A stretch of DNA of 62,528 bases, counting the filler, from Porpidia crustulata (lineage: Eukaryota), in the NCBI GenBank assembly GCA_964255105.1. It is 4 parts of 4 records of this genome, joined end to end, with 100 filler letters (N's around TTAATTAATTAA, not from the genome) between each part and the next. Parts side by side here need not be neighbours in the genome. Positions count along the whole stretch, not along the records: positions 46,987 to 62,528 come from CAXUWE010000299.1; 3 more parts are not named here. One strand, 5' to 3'. This document shows positions 61,883 to 62,528 of the stretch, piece by piece (positions within the stretch are counted from its first letter, which is position 1; each line of letters starts with the position of its first letter). The translations under genes and the position numbers were made by a program. A model generated the notes under the pieces. It made no database searches. It was given only the letters and a program-made list of their open reading frames with translations, and was not told where the DNA came from.

Positions 61883-62528
61883 TTAGAGTTGCCGTAACCT
61901 CTCTGCAAGCTTTGCCTTCCCAAAGTCCCACGCATTCAACAACCCCTGTTCGCTCAAGTCGATGCTCTTCACGGACGTGATATCCTGCGCCGGCGGCTTG
62001 CTGACTCTACTCGAGATGACCACCGGATCCGTCTCCAGAATGATGCCGTCGTCCACGATCTCATCGATAGCCAGACATACCAGGTCGTAATTCTCAATCA
62101 AAGTCCTTTTGTCCGAAGAATTCCTGTCCTCCAGCCCTTGATTAGCCCCCACCCCACCCTGACGCCTTGAATCGTAAAAAGCGTAGAAAATGGTCCCCAC
62201 ACGTACTTCAAGAGAATACTCAGCGCATCCCGGAGCGCAACCACCACGCCGAACAGCAAGATCTCATTCTCCTCCCCGCCACCGACCACGTATATCATCA
62301 CGTCCCCCTCCATCTTGAACACCACCACCTTGCCGTCGTAAAGGATCACGTCCGTGCCCGACTTGTTCGTCTTCTCCATCAGCCCCTTCTCAAATGCTTT
62401 CTGCTCCTTCAGCGTCGGGTAAGGGTTTGCGCCCGCTGCCGGCTCGCGGTGCGCGTGCGCGTGGGCGGCCGCGGCGGCGGGGGATGGCTGCACGTGCGGG
62501 GCGGAGTAGTATTTGGTGAGGATACGGG
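61883..62528 (-). CDS. RET3: Coatomer subunit zeta, 5'-partial
   Basis: RILTKYY..YPTLKEQKAFEKGL..ENEILL / intron 62206-62124 / DKRTLIENYDLVCLAIDEIVDDGIILETDP. Confidence 0.93.

Noticed and set aside
1..62528. Biosynthetic gene cluster or Starship element
   Set aside because: No PKS, NRPS or terpene backbone and no DUF3435 captain; the genes are unrelated and lie on four separate contigs.

Overview
Eukaryotic DNA from a filamentous ascomycete (Pezizomycotina; a lichen-forming lineage is plausible but only an inference). The window is four unrelated ~15.5 kb contigs joined by identical 100-nt N/TTAATTAATTAA/N linkers, so gene adjacency across linkers means nothing. Contig 1 (1-15567): secreted PAN/apple + DUF4185-like protein, RRT8/EI24-like membrane protein, Ayr1-like SDR, a small spliced zinc-ribbon gene, aquaporin, PA-TM-RING E3 ligase. 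Contig 2 (15668-31227) is a decaying accessory region: solo LTR with 5-bp TSD, secreted Cys-rich protein, inverted pair of minisatellite-bearing repeats, tRNA-Ser(AGA) with a 93-nt structured intron, nuclease-like and arrestin-like pseudogenes, and a peroxisomal enoyl-CoA isomerase. Contig 3 (31328-46886): Ppc89/Cep57-like spindle pole body protein, DPH2, Cys-rich F-box-like protein, palF/RIM8, and an orphan with an OTU-like Cys/His pair followed by LRGG. Contig 4 (46987-62528): divergent neutral trehalase, MED14, ATG22, an ankyrin gene split at a G_GGT_TTT slippery heptamer, SF3B6/p14 and a partial coatomer zeta. No new multi-gene system is evident. The best leads are the OTU-like/LRGG orphan, the possible -1 frameshift ankyrin gene, the long tRNA intron, the hidden zinc-ribbon gene and the inverted repeat pair. 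All family calls are by eye, without database searches.
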